Shown here: piece after piece, positions 6,041-6,174 of the stretch
How positions within the stretch are numbered: position 1 is the first letter of the stretch
Layout of the letters: each line of letters opens with the position of its first letter
NCBI RefSeq assembly: GCF_004376175.1
Contig: NZ_SNUY01000108.1
Coordinates: forward strand, 1 to 6,174
Source: Halalkalibacterium halodurans
GTDB lineage: Bacteria; Bacillota; Bacilli; Bacillales; Bacillaceae_D
Length of the DNA: 6,174 nt
Direction of reading: 5' to 3'
Notes under the pieces: generated by a model
Told to the model about the DNA's origin: nothing
The model's input: only the letters and a program-made list of their open reading frames with translations
The model's database searches: none
Program-made: the position numbers and the translations under genes

Positions 6041-6174
6041 AAACCTACACGTATTGTCAAAACTTTATATAAAAATAGGTTATTAAATCCTATGTTAGAG
6101 GGCTTTATAAGCAAAAAAATTGCCACCCCCTGATTTCTGTAGATAATTGAGGTTACCATACACCCAATTCCAGA

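Noticed and set aside
6055-6060. Perfect -35 hexamer TTGACA upstream of resA
   Set aside because: The position 17 bp downstream falls on the SD (GGAGGA), so there is no -10 partner. A TATAAA at 6064-6069 lies upstream of it with only a poor -35 (TAGGAT). I cannot call a resA promoter. It may be activator-dependent, or the operon may be read through from upstream.
6095-6174. Open minus-strand frame ending ...WNWVYGNLNYLQKSGGGNFFAYKAL* (TAA at 6095-6097), possibly the 3' end of an upstream gene
   Set aside because: Only 26 codons are visible. A second frame is also open over the same stretch, and there is no recognisable motif or terminator. This is too short to support.
1-6174. Search for CRISPR repeats, tRNA/rRNA, IS ends/transposase, toxin-antitoxin or defence-type genes
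   Set aside because: I found no periodic direct repeats, no cloverleaf-like or rRNA-like segments, no terminal inverted repeats, and no nuclease/ATPase/transposase-like ORFs in any frame.

Overview
This is an AT-rich, Bacillaceae-like (Firmicutes) chromosomal segment. Every credible gene lies on the minus strand. Read along the minus strand (6026 down to 59), there is a tightly packed six-gene cluster: resA (thioredoxin-like, CPPC active site), resB, resC, ccdA, a small SHOCT-domain membrane protein, and a lipid-anchored BNR/Asp-box beta-propeller protein. A rho-independent terminator at about 658-706 closes the cluster. Downstream is a separate small lipoprotein gene (59-533) that appears to be split by a frameshift. 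resA/resB/resC/ccdA together form the complete System II cytochrome c maturation machinery, meaning the thiol-reduction relay plus haem export/ligation. I see no rRNA, tRNA, CRISPR array, IS/transposase, phage or recognisable defence genes. All six plus-strand ORFs in the supplied track look like antisense shadows. The main point of interest is the operon architecture. ccdA and two uncharacterised envelope proteins (the SHOCT protein and a His/Met-rich propeller lipoprotein) sit where, as I recall, B. subtilis carries resDE. This is a candidate accessory module for extracytoplasmic redox or metal handling. The window is mostly housekeeping, and this functional idea is inference, not demonstrated novelty.
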